A stretch of DNA of 64,000 bases. Source: Promethearchaeota archaeon. Lineage in GTDB: Archaea > Asgardarchaeota > Lokiarchaeia > Sigyniarchaeales > SOKP01. The translations under genes and the position numbers were made by a program. Under the pieces are notes generated by a model, which searched no databases, was not told the DNA's origin, and saw only the letters and a list, made by a program, of their open reading frames with translations. The stretch is taken from contig JAEOTA010000084.1 in NCBI GenBank assembly GCA_016840085.1, positions 1 through 64,000 of the forward strand, written 5' to 3'. This document shows, one piece after another, positions 39,304 to 49,533 of the stretch. Each line of letters begins with the position of its first letter. Within the stretch, counting starts at the first letter, position 1.

Positions 39304-41588
39304 TCTCTATATACTTCTTTAAAATTATCAGATAATTCAAATTGCACATTATTATGCCAAAATTTGAAATTTACTACATGAAAAAGCTCTCCTTTAAATT
39401 GTTCCTTTTCTTCATTTGTTAAAATATGTTTTAAAATCAGAGTTAAAGGTCTTGGTACTAGTTTTGAAAAATATTTGAGATCCCTATTTTTAATATAATT
39501 ATAAAATGATTCCGTTTCGTTTAAGCCAAAATATTTTATAGGAATTAATTCCTCTTTTTGATCATTTATTAAACTTAATTCAAGTTTAATCTTGTTTTTC
39601 ACATATTTAGGAAATTCCAAATTAATATTAATACTGTATTCATAATGCTTATACAATTCAATTAATTCTCGTTTTTCTTCAGCATTTGGGATTTTTGCAA
39701 TATATCTGTCTAAAAAATCAAGAAAATTTTCAAGTTTTTGTTCTTTTAATTCTCGTTCTTCTAAATAGTTAATAAAATCATTATGTATCTCAACTAAAGA
39801 CCAATCTTTATTGTTCTCTAATTTGAAAAATTTTTTTGCATAGTCATTTATCCACTCTAGTACATAAGATTTCCATTCTAGATTAATACCTCCTATACGC
39901 TTTTCTAGAAAACGATGAAATTTATTCGCAAAACTAACTGGATCAGTTAATTCTTTTTCGGGTTCTTCTTTTATATATCGATTAATCGTAGAATGCCTTA
40001 GTATATAACTTAATAAGTAATTTAATTCACTTGAAAGTTTTTTAAACTTCTCTGTATGCATTTTTATTGAATTTGCATTTTTTTCCATTTGAATTTCAGC
40101 AAAAGATATTAAATCCTCTATTTTTAATCCAATTTGGTCAAAAAACGAATCAATATTATTATCAACTAATTTTTTAAACTTTTCTTTAAGTTGATCTTCA
40201 TTAAATTCAAGATCATTCAACAATATTGAATTAAATTCAATTTTATTAAGAATATATTCTTTAAATTTCTCTATAAATCTCAACCCTAGAATTTTTGCTG
40301 GTTTTTGCTCATTATTGAATTTATTATTAAGGTTTTCTATTAATCGAAAAGTTAAATATTTTAATCGACGCGTTGATAGATATCTAGGGAGTGATTTGCG
40401 TATTAAACCAAGACTATTTTTAATAATTTCTGAAAAATAATTAAAAACAGAACTTAATTCCATAACTCTCAAATTCTCTTTCTTTATTACTGACTCACTG
40501 ATGAAATTGTAAGCTATTTGACAAATGTTATTAAAATCCTCATTCTCTAGCTTTCCCTTATTGCTAATAAATTGAATATATTTTTCTAATATTTCAGAAA
40601 GATCACCAATCTCACCAGAAGCTAGAAAATTCCTAGAATATTCTAAAAATTTATTCAAAAAACGCTCTAATTTTAGCAATATCTTATATGTATTTTGAAT
40701 TAACCATTGCGATGTTTCGGGTTCTAAGACATCTTTAGTCTCATCCTTAATATGATTGATTAGAAAAAGTATAATTTTATCCTGAGATTCATCTAAAGTT
40801 CCAATATTTGCTAAATTAATAAGATTTGTTCCAAGATTTAATGTTTTATCAACGATAAAATTAGCACTTGGCTCGGATATTATATATTTAAGGTGCTGTA
40901 CTGCTTGCTTTCCTTCAAATAGAGTCTTCAATTTTTCAAATTTATGATTCGATAAATTAATCTCAATCGGCTGTTTATGCCATAGAATCTCTATATTGGA
41001 TTTAATTTTTCCATAGATAGTTAACATTTTCTCTTCCGTTGGGAGGGATTTGCTTATCCCAATTAATTTTTTATTCCATTTATCTTCAATTAAATCTCCA
41101 TAGAGTTTTTTACTAAACCGAGTGGCGAATTTATCATATAATTTTTGCTTCTCTTCAACCTTAAGTTCTGGTCGGTTGGTAAACTCCTCAACCTCATAAA
41201 AAAGTTTGCTTATATTATCAATAGATGTTCTGGATTTATGTATATCCAAATATCCTGTTTCTGGTTTTAAAGCAAGCAATAAACTTTCACAATCTTTAAA
41301 TATACCCGGAATCAAAATCATTGATTTTGGAAATATGTTAGTTCGAGCACTTTTCTCATCAATATTAAATAAATCAAATTCAATACTAAATACTTCTGAC
41401 CCCGTATAATCTCTTAAAACTGCGTTGTACATCATTAAAAATTTTATAACTTCCTGGGAGAGTTCATTAACTTTTTGCTTTGTTAATCTTCCAGCACCGA
41501 TTACATCTCCAGTAATGAAATTATTTGGGGATGAATATCCGAATATTATAGAAAATTGATAATTTATAGATTCTCGTGTGGTTATCAT
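39291..41588 (-). CDS. large hypothetical protein (N-terminal alpha/beta domain, long helical region)
   Basis: 765 aa ORF. Confidence 0.8.
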   Translation of the reverse strand: MITTRESINYQFSIIFGYSSPNNFITGDVIGAGRLTKQKVNELSQEVIKFLMMYNAVLRDYTGSEVFSIEFDLFNIDEKSARTNIFPKSMILIPGIFKDCESLLLALKPETGYLDIHKSRTSIDNISKLFYEVEEFTNRPELKVEEKQKLYDKFATRFSKKLYGDLIEDKWNKKLIGISKSLPTEEKMLTIYGKIKSNIEILWHKQPIEINLSNHKFEKLKTLFEGKQAVQHLKYIISEPSANFIVDKTLNLGTNLINLANIGTLDESQDKIILFLINHIKDETKDVLEPETSQWLIQNTYKILLKLERFLNKFLEYSRNFLASGEIGDLSEILEKYIQFISNKGKLENEDFNNICQIAYNFISESVIKKENLRVMELSSVFNYFSEIIKNSLGLIRKSLPRYLSTRRLKYLTFRLIENLNNKFNNEQKPAKILGLRFIEKFKEYILNKIEFNSILLNDLEFNEDQLKEKFKKLVDNNIDSFFDQIGLKIEDLISFAEIQMEKNANSIKMHTEKFKKLSSELNYLLSYILRHSTINRYIKEEPEKELTDPVSFANKFHRFLEKRIGGINLEWKSYVLEWINDYAKKFFKLENNKDWSLVEIHNDFINYLEERELKEQKLENFLDFLDRYIAKIPNAEEKRELIELYKHYEYSININLEFPKYVKNKIKLELSLINDQKEELIPIKYFGLNETESFYNYIKNRDLKYFSKLVPRPLTLILKHILTNEEKEQFKGELFHVVNFKFWHNNVQFELSDNFKEVYREWMK

Positions 41589-41885
41589 AATCTAATTCTA
41601 ATAATAAATCTTAGATATTTAAATAATATATATTACGTATTAATCTTACTTACGCAACCCTTAAATAAATTTAAGTAGTTGTTTAATTATTTTTAAGTTG
41701 ATATAATATTAAAATTTACTTTTAATCTGCTTGGATATATAATAAATAGATAATGTGATAGATAAAAAATCTGAAATTTTTCTTATTAAAAATAGAGTAT
41801 ATTAATAAAAATATAATAAGAAAAATAATTATTATAAATAATATAATATAAGTTTAAAATTTTAAAGCAGTATTGGTGTAGGCTT

Positions 41886-42290
41886 ATACAATTCGGGTCG
41901 GATTTAGGAATTAACCAAGAAGATATCGAAAAGATTAGCCCTCAAATCACATTTATAACATCAAATGCGGATATAGAGGCGATAGCTCTAGTTAGTTCCG
42001 AAGGTTATCAAATAGCATTCTCTGCATTACCCCAATATCATGTTGATGGTGATCAATTTTGCGGACTTGCTAGTGCTTTATTGATGACAGGAAGATCAAC
42101 TATTCAAACTCTATTCCAAGAAGATTTAAGTGAAGTGATTGTTCGAGCCGAAAATGGTTATATTGTCATTACAAATGCTGGTAGATTAGTTATTGTTTGT
42201 GCGGGGACAATTATTGATACATTAATGAAGACAGTAAAGGTAATGAGGATCGCCGCCAAGAACCTATACAAAATTTTTGAAGAACACTAA
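41886..42290 (+). CDS. roadblock/LAMTOR domain protein (full frame starts at ATA 41886)
   Basis: Frame is open upstream of the called 42081 start: IQFGSDLG..ADIEAIALVSSEGYQIA..FCGLASALL..EVIVRAENGYIVI, a complete roadblock pattern; GGTG-type SD before ATA. Confidence 0.85.
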   Translation: MQFGSDLGINQEDIEKISPQITFITSNADIEAIALVSSEGYQIAFSALPQYHVDGDQFCGLASALLMTGRSTIQTLFQEDLSEVIVRAENGYIVITNAGRLVIVCAGTIIDTLMKTVKVMRIAAKNLYKIFEEH

Positions 42291-42462
42291 TTAATGTTAT
42301 TCTTTCACTATTTTTTAATAATCTCTAATTAATCTTTCGAGTTTAGATTTTTAGTACACTTTTGATCGAACTGGTTTTTCAGAAAATATTTCAAGACATT
42401 CAACAAGTTTTTAAAGGTTGATATATTGTAAAGTTTCATAATAATAAGTAAGACTTTGGTTT

Positions 42463-42519
42463 ATGATTATGGCAACTGTAATATATTTTACTTGGCAGTG
42501 GCCTTGGTGGCGGCAATAG
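42463..42519 (+). promoter_or_regulatory. Trp-rich leader peptide ORF (TrpL-like) MIMATVIYFTWQWPWWRQ
   Basis: Four TGG codons within six, WWR motif, overlapping hairpin GTGGCG/CGCCAT, 128 nt upstream of trpB2. Confidence 0.8.
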
Positions 42520-42647
42520 CGCCATATGCATAGGATTAAACCAAACTAATATTCTCATTTTAATATTAAAATCTCCCTTAAATGCGCATTAATTTTATTG
42601 ATTTCCAATATTTTAATGAAACACTTTAAAAAAAATATGAACAGATT

Positions 42648-44063
42648 ATGGGAAATAAAATGGTAGATTATTTTAATGGAAGAGTTTTATTACAACCGAA
42701 TGAAATACCGAAAGAGTGGGTAAATATTTTACCAGATTTACCCTCTCCTATGACGCCCTTAATAAATCCAATGGATGGAAAACCAGCACCCCCAGAAATG
42801 GCGCTGGCAATATTTCCAAAAGAATGTGTAATGCAAGAAATATCTCAAGAACCAACAATTCCAATTCCAAAGGATTTGAGGGAAATTTTTGCTAGATCTT
42901 ATAGACCAAGTCCTCTTCATCGTGCTTTAGGATTAGAAAAATCGTTAGGAATAGAAGGTGATGATATAAAAATTTTTTATAAGAATGAATCATATTCCCC
43001 TACAGGTTCTCACAAACCAAACACAGCAATAACACAAGCATATTATGCGAAAAAAGAAGGGCTTGAAGAACTAGTAACAGAAACAGGAGCCGGACAATGG
43101 GGTTCTGGTTTATCTTATGGATGTAATTTATTTGGATTGAAATGTACTGTCTATATGGTAAGAATCAGTTTTATTCAAAAACCAGGTAGAAAGATTTTGA
43201 TGGAAGCTTACAATGCTAAAGTGCACGCAAGCCCTTCGAAGTTTACCGAATCAGGAAAAAAATTTCTTGAAAAAGATCCAGAGCATCCGGGTAGTTTAGG
43301 AATCGCTATATCTGAAGCATTAGAACATAGTCTAAAAAGTGAAAAAATAAAATATTCTCTTGGAAGTGTTGTAAACTTTGTACTCTTGCATCAGACTATT
43401 GTAGGTCAAGAAGCAAAATTACAATTAGCAAAAGTCGGTATAACTAAACCTGATATAATAATTGGATGTATGGGAGGTGGATCTAATTTTTCGGGGTTAA
43501 TGATCCCTTTTGTTAAAGACAAATTACATGGTAAACTTCCAGATCTTGAAATAATTGGTGTAGAACCACGAGCTTGTCCTAGCGTTTGTAAAGGACAATA
43601 TCGATGGGATTTTGGAGATACTTCTATGAAAGGTCCAATTGTAAAAATGTATACTTTAGGACACTCATTTATTCCGAGTCCAATTCATGCTGGAGGTTTG
43701 AGGTATCATGGAATGGCTCCAATAATTTCAATTCTTAATAATAACAATGTTATCTCTGCAACTATGCATCATCAAACAGAAGTTATAAAGTCAGGGCTTC
43801 TCTTTACTAAAGCTGAAGGAATCCTTCCTGCTCCTGAAACGGCTCATGCAATAAAAGAAACAGTTGATCAAGCATTAAAAGCTAAAGAAAACAATGAAAA
43901 GAAGGTCATCCTTTTTAATTTCAGCGGTCATGGATTTTTTGATTTACTAGCTTATAAACAATACATGTCTGGAGAATTGGAGGATTATGAATTATCTTCA
44001 GAAGAAATTCAAAAAGCTTTATCATCACGAGAAATGCCTAATATTGATGAATCTCAATTTTAA
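42648..44063 (+). CDS. trpB2: tryptophan synthase beta chain, type 2
   Basis: SPTGSHKPNTA (PLP Lys), TETGAGQWG, GGGSNF, HAGGLRYHG, PAPETAHA, SGHG; long TrpB2 N-terminus. Confidence 0.96.
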   Translation: MGNKMVDYFNGRVLLQPNEIPKEWVNILPDLPSPMTPLINPMDGKPAPPEMALAIFPKECVMQEISQEPTIPIPKDLREIFARSYRPSPLHRALGLEKSLGIEGDDIKIFYKNESYSPTGSHKPNTAITQAYYAKKEGLEELVTETGAGQWGSGLSYGCNLFGLKCTVYMVRISFIQKPGRKILMEAYNAKVHASPSKFTESGKKFLEKDPEHPGSLGIAISEALEHSLKSEKIKYSLGSVVNFVLLHQTIVGQEAKLQLAKVGITKPDIIIGCMGGGSNFSGLMIPFVKDKLHGKLPDLEIIGVEPRACPSVCKGQYRWDFGDTSMKGPIVKMYTLGHSFIPSPIHAGGLRYHGMAPIISILNNNNVISATMHHQTEVIKSGLLFTKAEGILPAPETAHAIKETVDQALKAKENNEKKVILFNFSGHGFFDLLAYKQYMSGELEDYELSSEEIQKALSSREMPNIDESQF

Positions 44064-44145
44064 TCAATATTTTTTTTTATAGTTAAATAAAATCTTAAAA
44101 TAAAGGATTATTTTAAATATTAAAGCTTTGTGAGAATGGTAATAT

Positions 44146-45213
44146 TTGAACATAGTTTCACTCCTAATTTTTTGCATTATGTATTTTTATGGGATATTGC
44201 TCTTTTATATCACTTATTTAGCAAAAAAAAAAGGGGAAAAAGGAGCCTATATTAATAACTTATTTGTCACACTTGTATTTCTTATAGCACTTACGTTTTA
44301 TTTGTTTATTATTTACAATATTAATCCTTTGGGTCATGAGTTTGTAGCTTTTCCTTTTGATATTTTAATAATTTTTTTCATTTTTATATTCATTCCATTG
44401 TTTTTTCTATTGGTTTTTCGCGAAAAAATGAGAATTAAAGGAAGAAATTTAATAAACGGAAAAATAAAACTATATAAATCTGAATTACCACTAAAGTATG
44501 AAATTTATAGGAAACTAACACATTTAGTTGTTTTAAGTATAATTTTATTTTATTTCACCCTTGGGTTTTTAATTCAAGATTTTTTCGTCTATTTTTTGGA
44601 ACTTTTTCCACAATTTCAAACAAAAATGTTATATATTGGGGGAGATACTATGGTCTTTACTCAACATTTAGTTATTTTTTTAGTAGGAATCTCATTGATA
44701 GGGTTACTAACTGCAGATTTTATAAGAATTTTGATGCCTAAATATTATCCATTGAAGCCTATTAATCAATTATTACGTGAAAAAGAACTATATATGAGGT
44801 TAGGTCCTCAAATCTCTATGAGTATTAGCTGTTTTTCGACAATTATTCTTTTTGGTTATATCCAACCACTTGGACCCTTAATAATTTGTACATCAATGAC
44901 AATGGCAATTTTCGGAGATATAGCGTCCAATTTAATTGGAAAATATATTGGAAAAAAAAAAATTCGAAGTACAAATAAAACTTATGAAGGTTTATATGCG
45001 GGGATTATTACTGCTTTTATCTCTGGAATTATTATATTATTGCTGTTGAGGAATTTTTATGATAAAAATATCTTTTTTTTATTTCTGATTCCTACTATTG
45101 GTACTCTTATTATTGGTTTAATAGATTATTTGGATTTAGAAATTGATGATAATTTATCGTATAATTTCACTTTATCAACAATTTTTTTTTTCATTTCAAT
45201 TTTTCTGGTATAA
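44146..45213 (+). CDS. CTP-dependent polyprenol/dolichol/diacylglycerol kinase family membrane protein
   Basis: RKLTHL, FGDIASNLIG, KTYEG, IDDNL; multi-TM. Confidence 0.85.
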   Translation: MNIVSLLIFCIMYFYGILLFYITYLAKKKGEKGAYINNLFVTLVFLIALTFYLFIIYNINPLGHEFVAFPFDILIIFFIFIFIPLFFLLVFREKMRIKGRNLINGKIKLYKSELPLKYEIYRKLTHLVVLSIILFYFTLGFLIQDFFVYFLELFPQFQTKMLYIGGDTMVFTQHLVIFLVGISLIGLLTADFIRILMPKYYPLKPINQLLREKELYMRLGPQISMSISCFSTIILFGYIQPLGPLIICTSMTMAIFGDIASNLIGKYIGKKKIRSTNKTYEGLYAGIITAFISGIIILLLLRNFYDKNIFFLFLIPTIGTLIIGLIDYLDLEIDDNLSYNFTLSTIFFFISIFLV

Positions 45214-45271
45214 ATGAAATTGTGTTATTACAAACATTTCAAAAATTTTATCAATTAAGAGAATTTTATTT

Positions 45272-45784
45272 ATGAAAATGTTAGAAGAAAAATTAAAAAT
45301 AGACAAAATTTCGAAAGGGACCGTTATTGATCATATTGATGCCGGATATGCTTTAACGATCCTTAATCTTACAGGTCTCGATGAATCTAAGAACTTAATA
45401 ACTATAGGTGTTAATGTTTCCTCAAAAAAATTTCAAACTAAAGATATTATTAAAATTGAAAATGTTTTTCTAAACAAAACACAGATGCAACAAATTTCTA
45501 TATTATCACCTAATGCAACTATCTCATTAATTGAGAATTATAAAGTAATTGAAAAGAAAAAAGTGAAACTCCCTAAGATAATAAAAAAATTAATTCTATG
45601 TGTTAATCAAACTTGTATTTCAAATTCAGAAAAAGAACCAATATCAACTGAGTTCATGGTTCTTGAAGAAAAGCCGTTAAAGATTCAATGTATCTATTGT
45701 GAAAGAATCTATAAGTTAGAAGAAATTGTATTTACTTCTAAAGAAAAAAAAGAGAAAAAAGTAAAACAGACATTACACTTATAA
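45272..45784 (+). CDS. pyrI: aspartate carbamoyltransferase regulatory chain
   Basis: GTVIDHI, KDIIKIE, CVNQTCIS, CIYCE. Confidence 0.96.
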   Translation: MKMLEEKLKIDKISKGTVIDHIDAGYALTILNLTGLDESKNLITIGVNVSSKKFQTKDIIKIENVFLNKTQMQQISILSPNATISLIENYKVIEKKKVKLPKIIKKLILCVNQTCISNSEKEPISTEFMVLEEKPLKIQCIYCERIYKLEEIVFTSKEKKEKKVKQTLHL

Positions 45785-45801
45785 TTTATAATTGAACAGT
45801 C

Positions 45802-46242
45802 CTAAATAAAGAGTTCAAGTATAGAAGAGAAACTAGGTAGAAATTTCAGCAGTGTATGAATAAAAACGCTTACTATCATAAATAAAAAGAAAAAAATACC
45901 AATTCCGGGTAAAAAAATATTTTTCCAGGCCCAATCTTCCTTATTATATTCAAATTTTAATATTAAGAAACTTACAATAAAGGGAAATAAAAACCACCAT
46001 ACTAGCATCCATGTAAATAAGAGCCACCCTATAAATCCGAATATAAATCTCCCTATAAAAGCACTTAACGCTCCAGTTATAGCACGTATCCAATATAATT
46101 TTGTTTCTTTCTCTAATCGAACATCTAATTCATTTGTAGTCTTTTTCTCTATTTTGATATCTTTTTTTTGAAATTCTTTCCTTCTCTCCTTTAATAACTT
46201 TTTTCTCCTTTTTTTAATATCTACCTTCTTATGCTTTCCCAT
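45802..46242 (-). CDS. EMC6/Rab5ip-like 3-TM protein
   Basis: LYWIRAITGALSAFIG..GFIG and IFLPGIGIFFFLFMIVSVFIHTL resemble the EMC6 TM1 and TM3 pattern; basic N-terminus. Confidence 0.6.
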   Translation of the reverse strand: MGKHKKVDIKKRRKKLLKERRKEFQKKDIKIEKKTTNELDVRLEKETKLYWIRAITGALSAFIGRFIFGFIGWLLFTWMLVWWFLFPFIVSFLILKFEYNKEDWAWKNIFLPGIGIFFFLFMIVSVFIHTLLKFLPSFSSILELFI

Positions 46243-46313
46243 AATTATTAATATAAATATTATTTACTATAAAAATAATTATACATGTTAATATACTAAA
46301 AAATAGCTGAAGT

Positions 46314-48368
46314 ATGATTATACCAACTAAAGAATTTTCCAATTTTGATGTTTTCGCTATTGTTAAAGAATTGGATGCTATCTTGGTAAATAGCATAATC
46401 TCTAATATTTATGAAATTGAAGATTTATTAATATTAAAATTAAAAACTGATTTCGGAAAAAAAAATCTAATTATAAAAAAAGATGCTCGTATCAACTTAA
46501 CTGAATATGATTACCCAATACCTGATTTTCCTAGTCAGTACATTAGATCTTTTAGAAAATTACTGAAAAATAGGAAAATTTTAAGGATCTCTCAATATAA
46601 ATTTGATAGAATTATCATAATAGAGTTGAGTAATCTTGAGACTGGTCCTTGGAAATTTATTATTGAATTATTCAATAAAGGAAATTTCTTGTTATTAGAT
46701 GAAAATAACCTAATAATAATTGCAAAAAAATATAAAAAGTTCAAGGATAGAAATATACTTGCTAAAAGAGAATATATCTATCCTAAATCTTATGGAAGAG
46801 ATTTCTTAACTATAAAAAAGGAAGAATTTATAGAATTATTTAAAAACTCCAATAATGAAATCGTTAGAGACATATCAAGAAAAATACACCTTTCAGGATT
46901 ATATAGTGAAGAAATATGTTTCCAAAGTAATATAAATAAGAAGACTCCTAGTAGCGAAATTAAAAATGATGAATATGATAAACTATTTGAAGCTTTTAGA
47001 AAATTAAGAAATCAATTATTATTCGATCAGATAAATGCTCATATTATAATTGACAAACACGGACAAGAAATTTCTGTATTGCCTTTCGAAATCAAAATTT
47101 TAAAAGATCATGAAAAAAAGCATTTTAATTCATTTAATGAAGCAGTTGATGATTTTTTTTCAAAAATAGATATTAAAGATATAAAAACTCCAAAAGATAA
47201 AAAAATTGATGGGTTAATCAAAAGTCAAGAAAAAATCTTAAAAAATCAAACTAATTATCTTAAAGAGCTTAAAGAGAAAAAAAAAATCTATTATGAAATA
47301 GGAGATTTCATATATGCTAATTTCAATAAGTTTGAAAAAATAATTTCAGTAATAAATAATGCAAAAAAGAAGGGATTTTCTTGGGAAGAGATTAATAACA
47401 AATTTCGAAACGCTAAGGAGGAAAATTTAGAAGGAACCGAATATTTTGAAAAAATCATTCTTTCTACTAATCACGTCTTACTTAACGTTAATGGTAATGA
47501 AGTATATTTTGATTTAAAAGAAACTATTGGAGAAAATGCTAATCTTATCTATTCTAAAGGAAAAAAAGCCGAAAAAAAAATAACTGGAACAATATTAGCT
47601 ATTGAAAAGACCAAAAAAAATATCGAAAAATTCAAGCTTGAGAAAGAATCATTAGAAACAGAAATTAATTTCCTAATCAAGAAACCTAAGAAAAAATGGT
47701 ACGAAAAATTTAGATGGTTTATCTCTTCTGATGGATATTTAATTATTGGAGGAAAAGATGCAATATCTAATGAAATATTATTCAAAAAGTATATAGATAG
47801 ATCCGATCTGGTATTTCACACGAATTTCCCAGGTTCTCCATTAACTATTATTAAAAATCAAGAAAATAAAAAAATTCCTCAAACAACCATAAAAGAAACT
47901 GCAGATTTTGTTGCTAGTTATTCACGAGCTTGGAAAGAAAATTGGGGTATAGTTGATGTTTTCAATGTTAAATCAAACCAAATTTCAAAAAATCCCCCCT
48001 CAGGTGAATATTTACAAAAAGGCTCTTTTATAATTTCGGGTAAAAAAAATATTATCAAAAATGGAAAAACAGAACTCGCTATTGGATTAAAATTTAATGA
48101 AATAGAATCTAGTTCAAATACAGAGGATAAAATTTTCTATCCTAAAATTGTCTGTGGGCCTGTACAGGCAATAAAGAAGCAAACAAACACATTTATTACC
48201 TTAATACCCTCAAAATCGAGTGGCTTAACGAAAGGTAAACTCGCGAAAAAAATAAAGTCACATTATCTTAAAAATGTAAATGAAGATCTAAAAAAGTGGG
48301 TCAATTTATTATCCATTGATGAGATTATTTTATATCTTCCTTCTGGATCTTCAAAATTTAAAGATTAA
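46314..48368 (+). CDS. rqcH: ribosome quality control factor aRqcH (NEMF/Rqc2, NFACT)
   Basis: FSNFDV, QYKFDRII, ELFNKGN, WYEKFRWF, GGKDAISNE, PSGEYLQKGSF. Confidence 0.95.
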   Translation: MIIPTKEFSNFDVFAIVKELDAILVNSIISNIYEIEDLLILKLKTDFGKKNLIIKKDARINLTEYDYPIPDFPSQYIRSFRKLLKNRKILRISQYKFDRIIIIELSNLETGPWKFIIELFNKGNFLLLDENNLIIIAKKYKKFKDRNILAKREYIYPKSYGRDFLTIKKEEFIELFKNSNNEIVRDISRKIHLSGLYSEEICFQSNINKKTPSSEIKNDEYDKLFEAFRKLRNQLLFDQINAHIIIDKHGQEISVLPFEIKILKDHEKKHFNSFNEAVDDFFSKIDIKDIKTPKDKKIDGLIKSQEKILKNQTNYLKELKEKKKIYYEIGDFIYANFNKFEKIISVINNAKKKGFSWEEINNKFRNAKEENLEGTEYFEKIILSTNHVLLNVNGNEVYFDLKETIGENANLIYSKGKKAEKKITGTILAIEKTKKNIEKFKLEKESLETEINFLIKKPKKKWYEKFRWFISSDGYLIIGGKDAISNEILFKKYIDRSDLVFHTNFPGSPLTIIKNQENKKIPQTTIKETADFVASYSRAWKENWGIVDVFNVKSNQISKNPPSGEYLQKGSFIISGKKNIIKNGKTELAIGLKFNEIESSSNTEDKIFYPKIVCGPVQAIKKQTNTFITLIPSKSSGLTKGKLAKKIKSHYLKNVNEDLKKWVNLLSIDEIILYLPSGSSKFKD

Positions 48369-49108
48369 AAGGAATTAATCCAATTTTTTATATTTAAGAT
48401 ATTCTCATAATTATCGAATAAAATTCCATCTATTCCTAATTTTATTAATATTTCAATTTTACTCAAGGGATCCTCAAATTTAAGAAAATCCCATCCTAAT
48501 GCTAAAATCCCGTTCTTATGACTAATATTAATGAATTCCTTAGATATCAAATCAGATCTTAAACTAATCAAATCAGGTTTGAAGTATAGTACCTTTTTCT
48601 TACCTAATTTTAAAAATTCTGAAATTTTCAATCCAACACCTTTAGTTATATTATAACACACCTTACTTTGAAAATAATTATTTTTTATAAATTCTAAATC
48701 ACTTAAACACCTCCCACTAAAAATTACATCATCAAATAACCTAATTTTTTCTATTAGTTTCGGGATGCCTTCTTTTAAACCTTCTTCCTTTAATTCAATC
48801 ATAAATTTTGTTTTTCCTTTTAACTTATTCAAAATTTCAAATAGAGATGGGATGTGAGAATGATTGAAATTTGTTTTTAACCTTCTAATTTCATTGAAAG
48901 TGAAATTTTTTAATAAGCCTAAGCCATTTGTGGTTCTTTCTAAAGATAAATCATGCATTATAACAAATTTCTCATCTTTAGTCTTCCTAACATCAAATTC
49001 AATATAGTCTGCTCCATATTCAATTGCCTTATCAAAAGCAACTAATGTATTCTCGTCAAATTTAGTTCTAGTCCCTCTATGCCCTATAAATATAAATTCT
49101 TTTACCAT
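48365..49108 (-). CDS. glycerophosphodiester phosphodiesterase
   Basis: IGHRG, ENTLVAF, IEFDV, MHD, IELK. Confidence 0.93.
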   Translation of the reverse strand: MVKEFIFIGHRGTRTKFDENTLVAFDKAIEYGADYIEFDVRKTKDEKFVIMHDLSLERTTNGLGLLKNFTFNEIRRLKTNFNHSHIPSLFEILNKLKGKTKFMIELKEEGLKEGIPKLIEKIRLFDDVIFSGRCLSDLEFIKNNYFQSKVCYNITKGVGLKISEFLKLGKKKVLYFKPDLISLRSDLISKEFINISHKNGILALGWDFLKFEDPLSKIEILIKLGIDGILFDNYENILNIKNWINSF

Positions 49109-49115
49109 TTTATTC

Positions 49116-49532
49116 TTAATTTTCTTGGACTAAATACAAATAAATGAGAATTAAAATAAGTCCCAATATTGTAAAAAAGAAGGTCCATAGATTTAGAAGA
49201 GTTTGTCCAATAGAAAATCCAAAGAGCAATAATAATTCTTTCCAATCTAATGGTTTACCTGTTAATTCTTTATAATTCCCCATACTAGTTAACATAAACA
49301 AAAAAAATAGAAGAACCACCAATACTTGAATTAATATTTCAATAATATTAATAATGGGATTTTTATCAATAAACATTGATAAGATTCCCATATTAACAAA
49401 GAGAGATATAATGTAAAAGATACCCCCCAAAATTGCCGAATTTATAACAGTTCTATATGCAAGTTGCTCATCAGTTTTGTATTTTTCTTCTATCTGATTT
49501 TTTTTATTTGGATGTTTTGCAATTTTTGACAT
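49116..49532 (-). CDS. membrane protein
   Basis: Three to four hydrophobic segments. Confidence 0.7.
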   Translation of the reverse strand: MSKIAKHPNKKNQIEEKYKTDEQLAYRTVINSAILGGIFYIISLFVNMGILSMFIDKNPIINIIEILIQVLVVLLFFLFMLTSMGNYKELTGKPLDWKELLLLFGFSIGQTLLNLWTFFFTILGLILILIYLYLVQEN

Positions 49533-49533
49533 A

